This document shows positions 26,833 to 39,700 of a stretch of 64,000 nt of DNA, piece after piece (position 1 is the stretch's first letter; each line of letters begins with the position of its first letter). The notes beneath the pieces were generated by a model. That model was not told the DNA's origin. It saw only the letters and a program-made list of their open reading frames with translations, and did no database searches. A program made the position numbers and the translations under genes. This DNA is from Octopus sinensis (lineage: Eukaryota): assembly GCF_006345805.1 (NCBI RefSeq), contig NC_042999.1, forward strand, positions 118,854,001 to 118,918,000, in the 5' to 3' direction.

Positions 26833-28330
26833 TAATCATCATCTTCATCATCATCATCATTTAATGTCTGTTTTCCTTGCTGGCATGTGTTGGATGGTTG
26901 GTTTCACAGGAGCTGGTAGGGCTGGGAGTTATTTTGGCATGGTTTCTATGACAGGATGCCCTTTTTAACACCAACCACTTAATGGAGCAGAGTAGGTTCT
27001 TTTGATGTGGTACCAGCAACGGTGTATTTTGCATGGCACCAGTACTGACAGTCACCAAATACCTTGCTGAACAAAAAGCCCATCAGCTTGGTGTGTGGAA
27101 TAGTATTGATGGGGGTGACATTGTGCAAGTTGATGAGAGATTAAAGGTATAGAGGGACAGGGATGGATCTCTCGCCATAGAGCAGATACGTGGAGGTTCC
27201 AGCTGGAAAAGAAAGGAGGGTGAGTTAGAGCATGTAATAAAGAGATGGTTGCAAAGATATGTTGGAACATGCCCTTAGGGAACAGGCGGGGTGGAATAAG
27301 TGAAAGGATACAGATGTTTGCACTGGGTGAATGGACAGGATTGAACTAACTGTGGCACATGATGGAGTGAAATATAAGAGTGGCACAGAGATAGGGGTTG
27401 CAGTAGATATGCAAAGGCATTGAGGATGATAGCAGAAAAGTGAGGTGTTAACCACGTAAGGGAAAGAAGGCACAGAAAGGAGGTGATTGGTGGAGACAGA
27501 AGGTGAAAGATGATAATGGGAAATGGAAATAGTTCAAGGTGGGAGAAGGAAGGTAACTGAAAACGTTGTGGGGGCTGATGGATGTAGAATGTACCTAACA
27601 TGACCGTTGAAGTTGTTAGCTACAGTATTATGGTCATTGTCCATCATTGTAGAGGCAATTTACTGAAGGAGCTCTTAGAAACAGTTGTTCTGTTCATTTG
27701 CTAGTCTAGCATGTGGAGTGCATGCAGAGATAAATGCCACTGTTACGTTATAGAAGACCATTCTTAACTTGATAATCCTATCACATACTCTGACTATCTT
27801 GATCATCTTATCTGCCCACTTCTCTGTGAAAAGTATACTTATATCACCAACCACAACACTATTCACTATTCAGAAGAATTTATATCTACTTTCCTTACCC
27901 ACAAGCAGTCTAATTGAGGTTCCTTGCCATCATGCATCTTGCACACTGCAAACATCTACATGCTCAAGCATTTCAACAATCCCACCAGACCTACTTTTTA
28001 TATTGCCAGCCTTGATTGTGGCCGATATAAGCTTGTGGACTTCAAGAGAATGAGAGATCATGCAGGAGATTGTATTTGACATTTGTGAAGAAGAAAAAGA
28101 GTACATTTGGGGACACTTGCCTTGAGTTGGTGGACTCTTGCACATGTCAGTGAGAGCAGGTATAGGTGTGTATGTAAATGCTACTCAATTTTTATAGTCT
28201 CCCTCCAATCTCATTAAACATCATCAGCGGCAAGGCCCAGCAAACGAAGGGGAATGGGGCAGATGTGGGTAGGTCAGAGGTAAGGCACCAGTCAACTTCT
28301 AGGGATATTAAAAGTAGGTGTACCCTTTAA
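26833..28330 (-). mobile_element. RTE-type tail plus decayed RTE APE-endonuclease fragment
   Basis: (CAT)n tail from 26833. ORF 27675-27866 (VVGDISILFTEKWADKMIKIVRVCDRIIKLRM...ISACTPH) matches the central region of RTE APE domains. Confidence 0.7.
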
Positions 28331-28718
28331 ATGCTTTCTCATATATGTATATATACATACATTAAATGCATATACATGTGCAAAGGCATGAAAGCATATA
28401 TTTATATATGTAATCATAAATATATGTAAGCTATCATAGGTGCCTAAGGCATAAATCTGTATGTATTGTTATGGAGATGTCCATGCAAACTCATTCACAA
28501 ACACATTCTTTTAAGCACTTTATATTCACACATATGTATGCATGCACATATCTGACATTGATAAGAGTGGAGTACGGTGGGTAGTTGGAAGTGTAAGGGG
28601 AAATAGCTTTGGTGGCTGCTCATGTGACTTAGCTTCAATAAGCTCCCAAACATGTGGATTCATCTAGTGGGGAATTTATGAAACTGTTTACACAAACGAG
28701 AATTCAAATAAACTTCAT

Positions 28719-28995
28719 TACCACCACCACCACCACAACCACCACCACCACCACCACCACCACTACGACAACGACGACGACCACCACCACCACTACGACG
28801 ACGACCACCACCACCACCACCACTGCCGCCACTGCTACTGCTGCTGCTGCTACTACTACTACTACTAATACTACTACTACTACTATTATGACTATGACGC
28901 CAATGACAATGACAATGATGACGACGATAGTGATGACAATGACAATGATGACGACGATAGTGATGACAATGACAACAATGGCAATAACAATGATG
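28719..28995. repeat. Compound trinucleotide microsatellite (ACC/ACG/GCT/ACT/ATG-ACA)
   Basis: Directly visible. Produces the poly-T, poly-V and poly-S/G ORFs. Confidence 0.95.
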
Positions 28996-28999
28996 CTGA

Positions 29000-29319
29000 A
29001 TAGTATTAGCTTCAAATTTTGGCACAAGGCCAGCAATGTCATGAGGGGTTGGGGCTAAATCAATTAAATCAACCCCAATGTCCAATGAGTACTTATTTTA
29101 TCGACCCCGAAAGGATGAAAGGCAATGTCAGCTTCGGTGGAATTTGAACTCAGAACATAAAGACGGACGAAATGCCTCTAAGCATCTTGCCCAGAATGCT
29201 AATGATTCTACGAACTCATGCTAATATTCATTGGCATAGCATCTGTTGGGATGAGGAGAAGTTGACTAGGAGGTGAAAATAAATGTTAATGAAAATACAT
29301 ATTCACAAATATTCCTTGC

Positions 29320-29352
<33 letters not shown>

Positions 29353-29665
29353 GCAATCTTAATATAAAAAAATAACAGAATCATTTGAATTTTCCTTCAA
29401 TAAAACTGATAAAAATGAAGGGAGAGAATAAAATGATTAGATAATTTACATCTTATTTCTTGATTGCCCACAAGGGGTTAAACATAGAGGGGACAAACAA
29501 GGACAGACAAAGGGATTAATTTGATTACATCAACCCCAGTGCGTAACTGGTACTTAATTTTATCGACCCCGAAAGGATGAAAGGCAAAGTTGACCTCAGC
29601 GGAATTTGAACTCAGAATGTAATGACAGACGAAATACTGCCAAGCATTTCACCCAACATGCTAAT
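29000..29665 (-). mobile_element. Two family B SINE copies (~29000-29218 and ~29455-29665)
   Basis: Both contain TATCGACCCCGAAAGGATGAAAGGCAA...GGAATTTGAACTCAGAA. Confidence 0.8.
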
Positions 29666-29980
29666 GCTTCTACCAGGAGAAAGAGAAATTCATAAGTGAC
29701 TTGTCTCAGAACACGGAGATCAGAGAAGGAAAAAATTTCAGCTCTCACCTTCACATGCTTGCAGGTTTATTTGAAGGTGGCTGCCCATGAGTCTTAGCTT
29801 AAATAAGCTCCCATCTAGCATTGATCCCTCACAGGTGGGATACTGAATATCTTGTTTAGGTGTATCCATCGATGTAGATGTGTCTCCTCAGGGGAACATG
29901 CTTTACCAGTAAACTACCAGGTTTATACCATACAATTTATTAACTAATAATAACAATAACAATAATAATAATAATTTATA

Positions 29981-30352
29981 GGCACAGGAGTGGCTGTGTG
30001 GTAAAAAGCTTGCTTTCCAACCACATGGTTCCAGGTTCAGTCCAACTGCATGGCAACTTGGGCAAAAGTCTTCTACTATAGCCTCGGACCAACTAAAGCC
30101 TGAAAGAAGTGTATATATATATATATATACACACACACGTATGTATATGTTTGTGTGTCTGTGTTTGTCACTCCACCATTGCTTGACAACTGATGTTGGT
30201 GTGTTTACGTGCCTATAGCTTAGCAGTTTGGCAAAAGAGACTGATAGAATATGTACTAGGCTTACAAAGAAAAAGTCCTGGGGTTGATTTGTTTGACTAA
30301 GGCAGTGCTCCAGTATGGCTGCAGTCAAATGACTGAAACAAGTAAAATAATA
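29981..30352 (+). mobile_element. tRNA-derived SINE, family A
   Basis: GGCACAGGAGTGGCTGTGTGGTAA head, internal TA/CA microsatellite, and GCAGTCAAATGACTGAAACAAGTAAAA tail. Confidence 0.85.
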
Positions 30353-31064
30353 AAAGTATATATATATATGAAACTGTACCTTTCTATGTTGCATACTTGT
30401 GTTTGCTCAAATGTGAAAGGCTCTTGCTACAATAACAATTGTATTACAGAAGATATTCCCTTTATAGATATATACTCAATGAAGAGAATAATCTTTTCTG
30501 AGACAATTACTACTACAGTGAAAGTTTTCCCCACAGCAGACTGTACATGAGCATGATGAATATAAACGTATGCATCTTTATTTTAATCATTGCTGCTTTG
30601 TATGCTCAAGTTAATTAATCCTGGCATGACAAAATTAAGATTTAACACACACTAGCAAATGCCTGTTTTGTTGTTACATATAAGGCAACTGTCCTTACTG
30701 GGCTGTGAATGAGGGCCTGTAACTGATAAAGCATAACCACTCAGAAACATGTGTATTAGAGTCTGATGACATTATTCAGGGCCCAGTTAGATGAATATTT
30801 ACACACAGCTTATAGGGAGAATATCTTGCCATAACATAACTTTGACTGAAGCAAGTGTCATTCCATATTTGAGTGTACAGTAGTGTGCTAAATATAAAGG
30901 TACACTACTTTATTTCAATCATCCCTGCTTCGTGTATATGTGTGCATGTGTGAGTGGTTGTATATGCATGTGCATGTACACAGGGAGAGAGAAAGAGAAA
31001 GAAAGAATGAAATATGGGAGAACAAATGAAAAAAAATGAGGAAAACAGAAACAAGGAGTCAAAT

Positions 31065-31480
31065 TATCATCATCATCATTATCATTATCATCATCATCGT
31101 CATCGTTGTTTAGCGTCCATCTTCCATGCATGCATGGGTACGATGGCTCATTGTACCCATGTACGATGATGCATGGGTACGATGGCCAGGTAGAAAATCT
31201 ACTCTATGCTATTCTGTCTGCTTTGGCAGGGGTTTTACAGCGAGATGCCCTTCCTAACACCAACCAGTCTGTAGAGTGGACTCAGCACTTTTTATGTAGC
31301 ACTAGCACAGGCAAGGTTAGTTTTGGCATGATTTTTGCCAAATGTCAACCACTTTACAGTGTGGACTGGATGCTTTTAAAATGGCACCAGCACTGGCAAG
31401 GTCACCAAGTAACTCACATGACAAGGAATTATGAGAGGGGCAGGGGCATTTGAGGAGGGGAACTCCTGTCAGAAGATGAA
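31065..31480 (-). mobile_element. RTE-type 3' tail copy
   Basis: (CAT)n followed by GATGCCCTTCCTAACACCAACC, as in other copies. Confidence 0.7.
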
Positions 31481-31506
31481 AGGTTAGAGGATGACATATA
31501 TATATT

Positions 31507-31543
<37 letters not shown>

Positions 31544-31570
31544 GCATACACACACACCACACACACACAC

Positions 31571-31661
<91 letters not shown>

Positions 31662-31973
31662 AGGAAGGCTGTGAGGACAGAATGTGTGTAAATATATATT
31701 TATTACTGTGGATTACAGACAGAAGCAGCACTTATAAATTTGTTTACAAAATGTTCTCATATATATATATGGGTGTGTGCATGGGTGTATGCATATGAAT
31801 ATATGCATTTATTTTTGCACACACACAGGAACATATCTATATATGTCTTCAAACTTATGTGACTGGTCACTCTGAGTTATTTCTCTTCACTCATTTTTGT
31901 TTTAATTATGTAAATTTCCGTAGATTATAAATGTTTTTTTTCTTTTGTCTGCTGGAGTCATGATAGTACACCT

Positions 31974-32018
31974 GCTGTGCTGATGATAATTATTTAGGCT
32001 GAAACACATGTACACAGC
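31974..32018 (+). ncRNA. Minimal type I hammerhead ribozyme motif
   Basis: GCTGTG-CTGATGA-TAATTATTTAGGCT-GAAA-CACATG-TA-CACAGC. Complete catalytic core, perfect 6-bp stem I, near-palindromic stem III, poorly paired stem II. Confidence 0.65.
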
Positions 32019-32968
32019 TGTCCTCCTGTCTCAACAGACTAACTTTTCATTAATAGCATTTTGGAGAATACCTGTTTTATGGCATTAATACTTGTGGAGA
32101 ATACTCTTTATGGAGAATACTTGTTTCTTGAAATTATCTCAATTTCTCACGTGTTGGTCCCAGTTGCCACAAATCAAGGATTCTACATAATTAGAGATAG
32201 TTTCAATAAATCAAAAATTTATCTTTTAGGTTTTTTTAATGTAGTTTTATCCATTTTTGTTGTTCAAATATTGACCACTCCTCAGAGCTATTTCTTTTAG
32301 CCCAACCTCATTTTAAACACAGATACAAACACACACGCATACACACACACATGCCATGCACACATACATGTGCCCTCCCATACAAATACATATATACACA
32401 TAGATGCACATATGCCCACACAAACACATATATTACATACACACACGCCTACATATACACACGCATACACACACATACACACACATGCCCTCACATACAC
32501 ATTTATACACATAAACCAACACATGTGCCCCCTTCACACACACACACACATATCTTATAACTTCCAAAGCTCTAGTGATATGTTGGGCTATATTTTAGAA
32601 GTAGGAGGATGGGTTTGTATGGGGTTGGTGTGAGTGAAACACAGCTGAAGAGAGAGAGAAAAGAAAGGAGTCGATAGAGGAACATTGATATTGACAAGCA
32701 TTCATAGGGGGATAGTAAAGATGATAAAACTTGCATAGCCAATGGATGCTAAATACATGAAACATGTTCTTCCCCCACTCTCTCTCATGCACACATACAC
32801 ACACACACACATACATGCACACATACTCACATATACACACACATGCCCACCAATAAACACAAGGATAAACTTTATAAGCAGTTGGCCAGAGAAGGTAAGG
32901 AAGCAGGAGATGCACATAGGCTAAAATTTGTTTACGTGCATGTCTGTGTAAATATAAATGTGTGCAAG

Positions 32969-33255
32969 TCTGTCTATCTATCTATCTATCTATCTCTCCC
33001 GCTGTCTGTCTATTTATCTCTCCCACTCTCTCTCTCTCTCTCCTCTCTCTCTTTCTCCCTCTCTCTTCTTCTTCTTCTCTCTCTCCTCTCTCTCTCCTTC
33101 TCTTCTCTCTCTCCTCTCCTCCTCTCTTCTCTTTCTCCCTCTTTCTCCTCTCCCTCTCCCTCGTCTCTCCTCTCTCTCTCCTCTCTCTCTCTCACCTCTT
33201 CTCTCTCCTCTCTCCTCCCTCTCTCATCACTCTCTCTCTCTCTCTCTTCTCTCTG
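32969..33255. repeat. Degenerate (CT)n microsatellite at the 5' flank of the Tx1-like LINE
   Basis: Directly visible. Explains the poly-L/S part of ORF 32962-33684 and the E/R-rich antisense ORF. Confidence 0.95.
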
Positions 33256-33402
33256 ATCGGTTTGTGTTATTCTTTGCTCCGCAGTGAAATTTTGAAAAGT
33301 TTGAAAATGCTGTTGGGTCGTCGAGGCCACTTCTTTTCTGCTATTGCAGCAGAGTTCTGCTGTTTTTCCCCCTTGTTTCAAGGGGGAAGTGACGAAAAAG
33401 AC

Positions 33403-34855
33403 ATGAATTTGCAACCAATCTCCTCCGAGTCGGAGGAAAACGTTGAAAATTTGTTTGAAGGCATGAAGGCGAAAATGCGGGAGGAGGAAGGTAGAAGTAA
33501 AGAGACGTCTCACGCGAGCATCACAAAAGCAGACGACAATATGTCTGGCGAAGTTAGTAAACGACAAGAAAAGGCAAAAATAAATTTTGCGAGTGCAGCA
33601 ACTCGCCCCTGTGAAAATATAGTCATCAACAAGGAAGAATTAAAGAAATACCAAGGACTACTAAAAAAGAAGGTGATAATGTGAAGTTGTTCCCTCCCAG
33701 TGAATTGATTTACGCGACGGAGAGAAAAACTGTCATATACAAGACGTATAATGTAAAAATAAGAAAATTGACTTCGTACAGAGAGAAGCCATTGAAAAAT
33801 GTTTGAGGCCGATATGGCAACAAACAAGTTATATAACAAGGGGTAGTCGCTTCGGCACGGTAGAGGTGCGTTTCCCTAGCGAAGAAATAGCTAGGGAACA
33901 TTCAACAAGAACGTTGAAGTCGGAAGAGGTAGTTCTTTTAACCATTTTATTTAGGAATGAGAACTAGTAGAATAACGGTTACGGACATTCCGCCCGAAAT
34001 CGAGGTGGATTTTATAACAGCAGCGATTCTCTTAGGCAAAGAGGAAGAAATTGCCATTCTTCAGTCTAAAAGATATCGCCCCACAACCTGGTATGGACAG
34101 GACTTAGAGCTTGTGATCCAAGCGAACCCCTCGGACTTGGAAAAATTGCCAAGCTCCCTCACCATTGGAGATACCACCTTGATGGTAATAGTCGAGAGAA
34201 GAAAACCGAGATGCTATAAATGTGGCGAGAAAGGCCACATACGGTCGAGCTGCAAGAAGACAGCGAAAGAAAATACTACAGAGGCAAGCACGACGCCGAA
34301 AACAACTTCACCGCTAGAAATAGCAGCCATGTCGCGCACCTCAATTGCCGAAATTCAGCCGACAACGGGAGAAAACAACGACAAAAACGATGACAACAAC
34401 ATCAACAACATCCAGGAGTGGGTCAACGTGGAAGCTTCAAAAAGAAGACGGAACGGAAAAATCCACCCTCTTCGGATACACAGGACTATACTCTGACACA
34501 GACAACACAACACCCACACCCACAATACAGTCGCAAACACACACGTAGCCAAAAAAACCACACACACTGGAAAAAGCATACACAAACACTCACACACCTA
34601 CCACAAGCACGCACACACCACAGACACCTACAGACACCACGCTTCTACAAGCACACACAACACACCCACACCACACACACACAGCCCCCTCCACAATCAC
34701 CTAACAAAAAAAAAAGAAACACCTTCACGGCGATAAATAAAAACAATAACCCATTAAGGGAAAAAATTAATTTACTGAAATCGGCGAAAAAATATATCGC
34801 AACAGATATAAATAGTATTATATCCGAAAATGTAGAATTTTTATACGATAGATAA
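33403..34855 (+). pseudogene. Tx1-like ORF1 (gag-like, CCHC zinc knuckle), frameshifted
   Basis: ORF pieces 33403-33684, 33957-34496 and 34418-34855. CYKCGEKGHIRSSC (CX2CX4HX4C) at 34212-34253. Confidence 0.85.
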
Positions 34856-35049
34856 CGAGGATTATTTTGAAATTAAAAAATCTTTTTGCGGAGGACGTAG
34901 GCCCGTTACAGATGAACTTTTCAAGCCATCTGTACAAGCAATTCGCAAAAAACTAACCTCGCAAACACAACACTCACAGACAGAAAAGATGAGGGTGAAA
35001 CTACACCCTCTCTTCCATAAAACAGTAAGTTTTAAACATTCAACTAAAT

Positions 35050-38000
35050 TTTCACATTCTCGTTTAAACTCGGTTGTATAAATATTCGCGGCCTGGGGTC
35101 GTATTGGAAGCAAGGCTACCTCCTTAACGACCTTAGGTCGCATCGTTTGGATGTAGTGGTAATTACCGAATCCAGACTGAGTGGGCTGCAGGCTTTTTCA
35201 CCCCTTCTAAACGGCTACGAGAAATACATTTCTCCCTGTCGACCTGGAGGGGGAGGAGGAGTGGCAGTGCTGGTCAGGAAAAACCTGGATTTAGAGATTA
35301 GAACTGTCTTTATAGATCCGGAAGGCAGTTGGTCGTTTTGGATGTGACGCACAGCAGTGGTAAAGTGTTCAGGCTGGTCGCTGTCTATGCTCCCTGCGAA
35401 GGAAAAGCCGGGCAGAAAGAGTATTTCAAAAGCCTAGAGAATTTTCTTGGCACGTCGAACACGTTAGTATTGCTAGGTGACTTCAACATAATTTGCGATG
35501 CAAGCGTAGATTATGTTGGGTCTAGAAAAAATACGAGGGGATTACCTCACCTCAACGATATGCTAAGTCGTTTTCGAATTGGCAGATAGATTCAGACTGG
35601 ACCATCCAGACATTCCAGAGTGGACCTGGGCAAAAAACGGGGTCATCCAATCTTACATCGATAGAATCATAACTAGAGGAAAGATAAGAAATACTTAGCT
35701 GTCCACAACACCATATCGTCGCTACAGCGATCACAAATTAGTGACGTACGTTCGACATAGATAGCATGTGTAGACAAGGTACCGGCTACTGGAAGCTAAA
35801 CAAGTCACTATTGGACTGTGAACCTACAGGAATCGGATTAAACAATTAGTAATGAGGGCGTTAACCGGATCCATTATCACAAAAATGGTGGTACGCCCTG
35901 AAAAGAGCCATCAAATTTAAGTCAATTAGGTTTAGCAAAGAACTAGCTAGTGCTAGAAACAAAGTAGAAAAGGAACTAGTTAAGGCTATAGAGGAGGCAA
36001 TGGGATCAGGCTGTGCATCGAAAGTGTTAGCAGCGAGGTTAGCACTAGACCAACATCTCCAAGCTAAACATGAAGGGTGCATTATTAGGGCTAAGATCCG
36101 TGCAATGAGACAGGAAGGGATCAACGCAGCTGGATGGGCCCGGGTGGTAGAGGGCCAGCGTGGCAACAACTCAACCATTCGATCCTTGACGGGCCCAAAT
36201 GGTCGATTAGTAAACGAACCCGAGGAGATGCAAGGTGTTTCATGATCATTTCGCCCAGCTATTCGGGAGGAGCGGCGAGCTGGAGCGCGGGGAGAAGCTC
36301 GCAGACTTCCTAGCCGGTTCGCCGCGTCTATCGGGGCCGGACGTGGAATCTTGTGAGGCGCCGATCACAGCCAAAGAAGTCGAGGATATGTTGGCAGAAT
36401 GCGCGGGGACAATCGCCGGGACTCGATGGTCTGCCTTACGAACTCTATAGTAGCATGCCAACTTGTTTGGGCACCTACTTGCATGCGTGTACACACAACT
36501 GGCAGCAGAACGGGAGAATTCCTAAGTCTGTGAGCCGAGGTGGTAGCGTTGTTAGAAAGACCCAACAAGGGGGATTTAATTGATAATTTCGGCCTATCAC
36601 TCTGCTTAACGCAGAGTTGAAGATCTTGGCCAAGGTCTTAGCAAAGGTTGGCGAGGGTCGTGGTGTGAACTTGTTGGTGAGCGCAAACTTGCGCATCCCT
36701 GAAGGACCATCCACGACAATCTCCACTTTCTACGCTATGCCTTAGAAAGGGTAAATAGGATTCCTGGCAAGGGTGGGCTATGGTCCACTTGGACCAATCG
36801 AAAGCGTTTGATAGGTGGACCATCAGTATCTGGCGGCGGTCCTCCGGCGGCTGGCTTCGGCCCGACCTTCCGCGGATGGATCATCGCTTTATACAGCAAC
36901 ATCGAATCGGTATTTCGGGTAAATGGTTTCCTTTCGGACCGTTCAGCATTGAACGTTCGTACGTCAAGGGTGTCCTCTCTCCCCGCTTCTCTACGTTTTG
37001 GCCCTCAGCCATTGCTGAGGAGTTTGGAAACTATGAGAGGCACCCCGCAAGATCTAGGGTGCGGAAAGTCAGCTTCGCGTATGCGGACGACATCACCGTC
37101 ATCGTTTTCCCGAGTCGAGCACCTACATGTGGTGGGAGGCCTTAAGGGACTACGAAGCGGTGGCAGGAGCGAAAGTCAACCGGGATAAATCGGTCGCTTG
37201 CAACTCGGCACCTGGAGGGCATGCAAGTCGATGTCTTCGCAGCGTCGTAGGACGTTGGACGGAAGGACCGGTGAAAATGCTTGGATCTGGTTAGGTCAGA
37301 TCTCCAGATAGAGAAGAATTGGAGCGAGGTGGCGAAAAGGTGGCTCTCCTAACTCAGACATGTCTGAACGGAATCTGTCCTTGAAAGGGAAGGGCGGAGG
37401 TTGCAGAAGTGTTATCGCCTCTGTAATCACTTACCGCCTAACCGTAGTGCCTTGCCCCGATTCGTGGCTGAACAAACTGGAACGCATGCTCTTTCGCTTT
37501 TTGTGGAGGGGCAGCAGACCTCTTGTAAGGCGCTCTATTTGCTGCCAAAAGCCGCTGAACGGTGGGTTAGGGATGCCGTGGCTAAAAATGCGCAGACATG
37601 CGCTCAGCTTAGGCACCTCTCTCTGGATTTACCTGGACGGTGAGCAGGTGTGGTCTCCGTTTGTCAAGCTGTTATTTCCACAGTTCACATCGTTTAACGA
37701 ACTGAACCCATGGATCAAGTGTAGACCGAGGTTGGGCATGTGGCATGCAGAGTGCTATCATGCACTCGTGCTTCTCTCCCAGTCGGGCACGCCGGGCGGG
37801 GCTACTACCGCGTTCTTCTATAGAGGTTAGTAGAGTTTAAGTTTGACGACGTCCTAGAGAAACTCTGGGCTTCGACGAAAATCAACTGGCCAGCCTGTTC
37901 CAAAGAACATTCGGTCGGGCCTATGGATAATTACCAAAAGTCCCTGGCTGGCAATGTTACAGAGGAGCTTTAACCGGTTCGAGATAAGCTCTTTAGACAT

Positions 38001-38466
38001 GGGTGTGCACCTTCACCTTCGCCGGTTTGTGCAAGATGTAAGAGGGACAGTGAAACTGTCCTGCACGCGATTGTGCAATGCCCCAAGTTGACTGAACTCG
38101 GACTTATGTCGAACACCTGCTGTCGCATTCGAGAAGAGTACCAACTGTCGAGCGAATCTGTAATTAAGATAGTTCTGCCCGACCTTCCTGAATAGGGAGG
38201 AGCGAGCCTGTTTTCTTTCGGATTGCTATGGCGAAAGAATAGTGTGGAAGACGAGAGTAAAAGGAATTGGCAACAGGCATGTTTATCTCCAGTCTCGAGC
38301 TAATCGACTTTTTCGTTTTCCACATGAAACGGAAATAAGGCTGGAGAAGAAGCCCTGTCGCAAAGTGTGTTTCGTAAAAGATGGAAGTCTATAGCAAGTA
38401 TGTTGCGAGTGAAAGAACCTATTAATCGAGAATGTAAAAAAGGATAAAGCAAAGTCTTCAGTGTGA
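35050..38466 (+). pseudogene. Tx1-like ORF2 (APE endonuclease - reverse transcriptase - zinc-binding C-terminus), multiply frameshifted
   Basis: GCINIRGL, VVITES, GGVAVLVR, LLGDFN, SDHK (APE). SPGLDGLPYELY, NFRPITLLNAELKILAKVLAK, HLDQSKAFDR, YADDIT (RT). CARCKRDSETVLHAIVQCP near 38030-38085. Confidence 0.9.
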
Positions 38467-38640
38467 GTATGTGGTTTGGTGGGGTCGACCGCGTCGTCCG
38501 CTTCATTTTTTGTTAATCACTCATTCTCATTTAATTGTATATATATTAATTGTTTGTTTATTCATGTTTCGTCTCATTCGATACGCTGACCCCAACGTTT
38601 GTTTTGTACCCTCTTTTTCTCAACCTTATGGTGAATAAAG

Positions 38641-38679
<39 letters not shown>

Positions 38680-39109
38680 ACACACACACACACATATATA
38701 TATGTATATCTGTCTATCTAACTATCTGTCTGTCTGTCTATATATAAATTTGATATCCAATATATGGATTTATCTAATACTCACAACAAAGCTCCTTTAG
38801 TGGACCTGGCTACAAACCACAAAGTAAACCAATACAGAAGGGTGTAATGTAAAGTCTTATGAAGTTGAAATCCAGTAAATCCAATCAGTAATGATTATTT
38901 CATTAGGAGTATATAGAATACAGAGAGTCATATGTATGTATGTATGTGTGTATGTATGTATGTATGTATGTATGTATGTATGTATGTATGTATGTATGTA
39001 TGTATACATGCATGTATGTATGTATATGTGGATGTATGTATGTAGGTATGTACATGTGCAGATTTATGTATGTCTTCTCATGCATATATTTGCATGTCTA
39101 GACATGCTC

Positions 39110-39700
39110 ATATGTACGTAAAGGATAAATTTCTGGAAGGTTTTACACATTTTTACAATTCCATTGATGGCTTGGATCTGTAGTCTTTGAATCAGCTTTC
39201 TCCTTTCTAGTTTTGAGAAGCCTAATTTCTCAAGATTGGTATTTAGGCTGTGTATTACATACTCCAGTGCCCTAATAATTACAGGTATAAAGTTGAACTT
39301 GTCATCTGGATAGAGAAGTTGTAGATTCCTCAATAGTTCAACGTAGGCATTCTCTTTATTGTTGATCATTAAGCTTTATGTTAATATCTGCTGGGCAGCT
39401 GATTTCCACAACGGCACACGGTTTCTTCTCTCTATCCCAAATCATTATATCTGGTCTATTATGTTTACATTTTATTGAGGCTTTCATCAAGACATTCTAC
39501 CAGTACTCCTTTTTATTATGAGTGGCAATGGCTTCTACCATACTGTGTGTTCTTATTTCATTGTCTTCAGGATTATCCTCTGATGGATCTCATTATACAG
39601 TGTCCAACCTACAACATCATGTCTCATTGGTAGTTAATACCGTGATGACATTTTTGGACAACTGCTTATGATGTGGGTGATAATTTTGGTGTTAACACCA
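39110..39700 (-). mobile_element. 3' fragment of a restriction-like-endonuclease non-LTR retrotransposon (R4/Dong-like)
   Basis: Minus strand reads HIISSCPKMSSRY, RHD, HNRPDIMIWDREKK, VVEISCPADIN, then ORF 39064-39369 (KENAYVELLRNLQLLYPDDKFNFIPVII). This is the CCHC plus PD-(D/E)XK C-terminus. Confidence 0.8.

Larger units (their letters stand above)
33256..38645 (+). mobile_element. Apparently full-length Tx1/L1-clade non-LTR retrotransposon
   Basis: 5' UTR, ORF1 with zinc knuckle, ORF2 with APE, RT and C-terminal Cys/His motif, then a 3' UTR with AATAAA at 38634-38639. Much more GC/CpG-rich than the flanks, with (CT)n on both sides. Confidence 0.93.

Noticed and set aside
28654-29085. Poly-Thr/Met, poly-Val and poly-Ser/Gly ORFs (mucin- or antifreeze-like appearance)
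   Set aside because: Open in several frames because of a compound trinucleotide repeat; runs into a SINE; no splice context.
32962-33402. 240-aa ORF with a hydrophobic Leu/Ser N-terminus suggesting a membrane protein
   Set aside because: The N-terminus is the (CT)n tract and 5' UTR; only the part from ATG 33403 is LINE ORF1.
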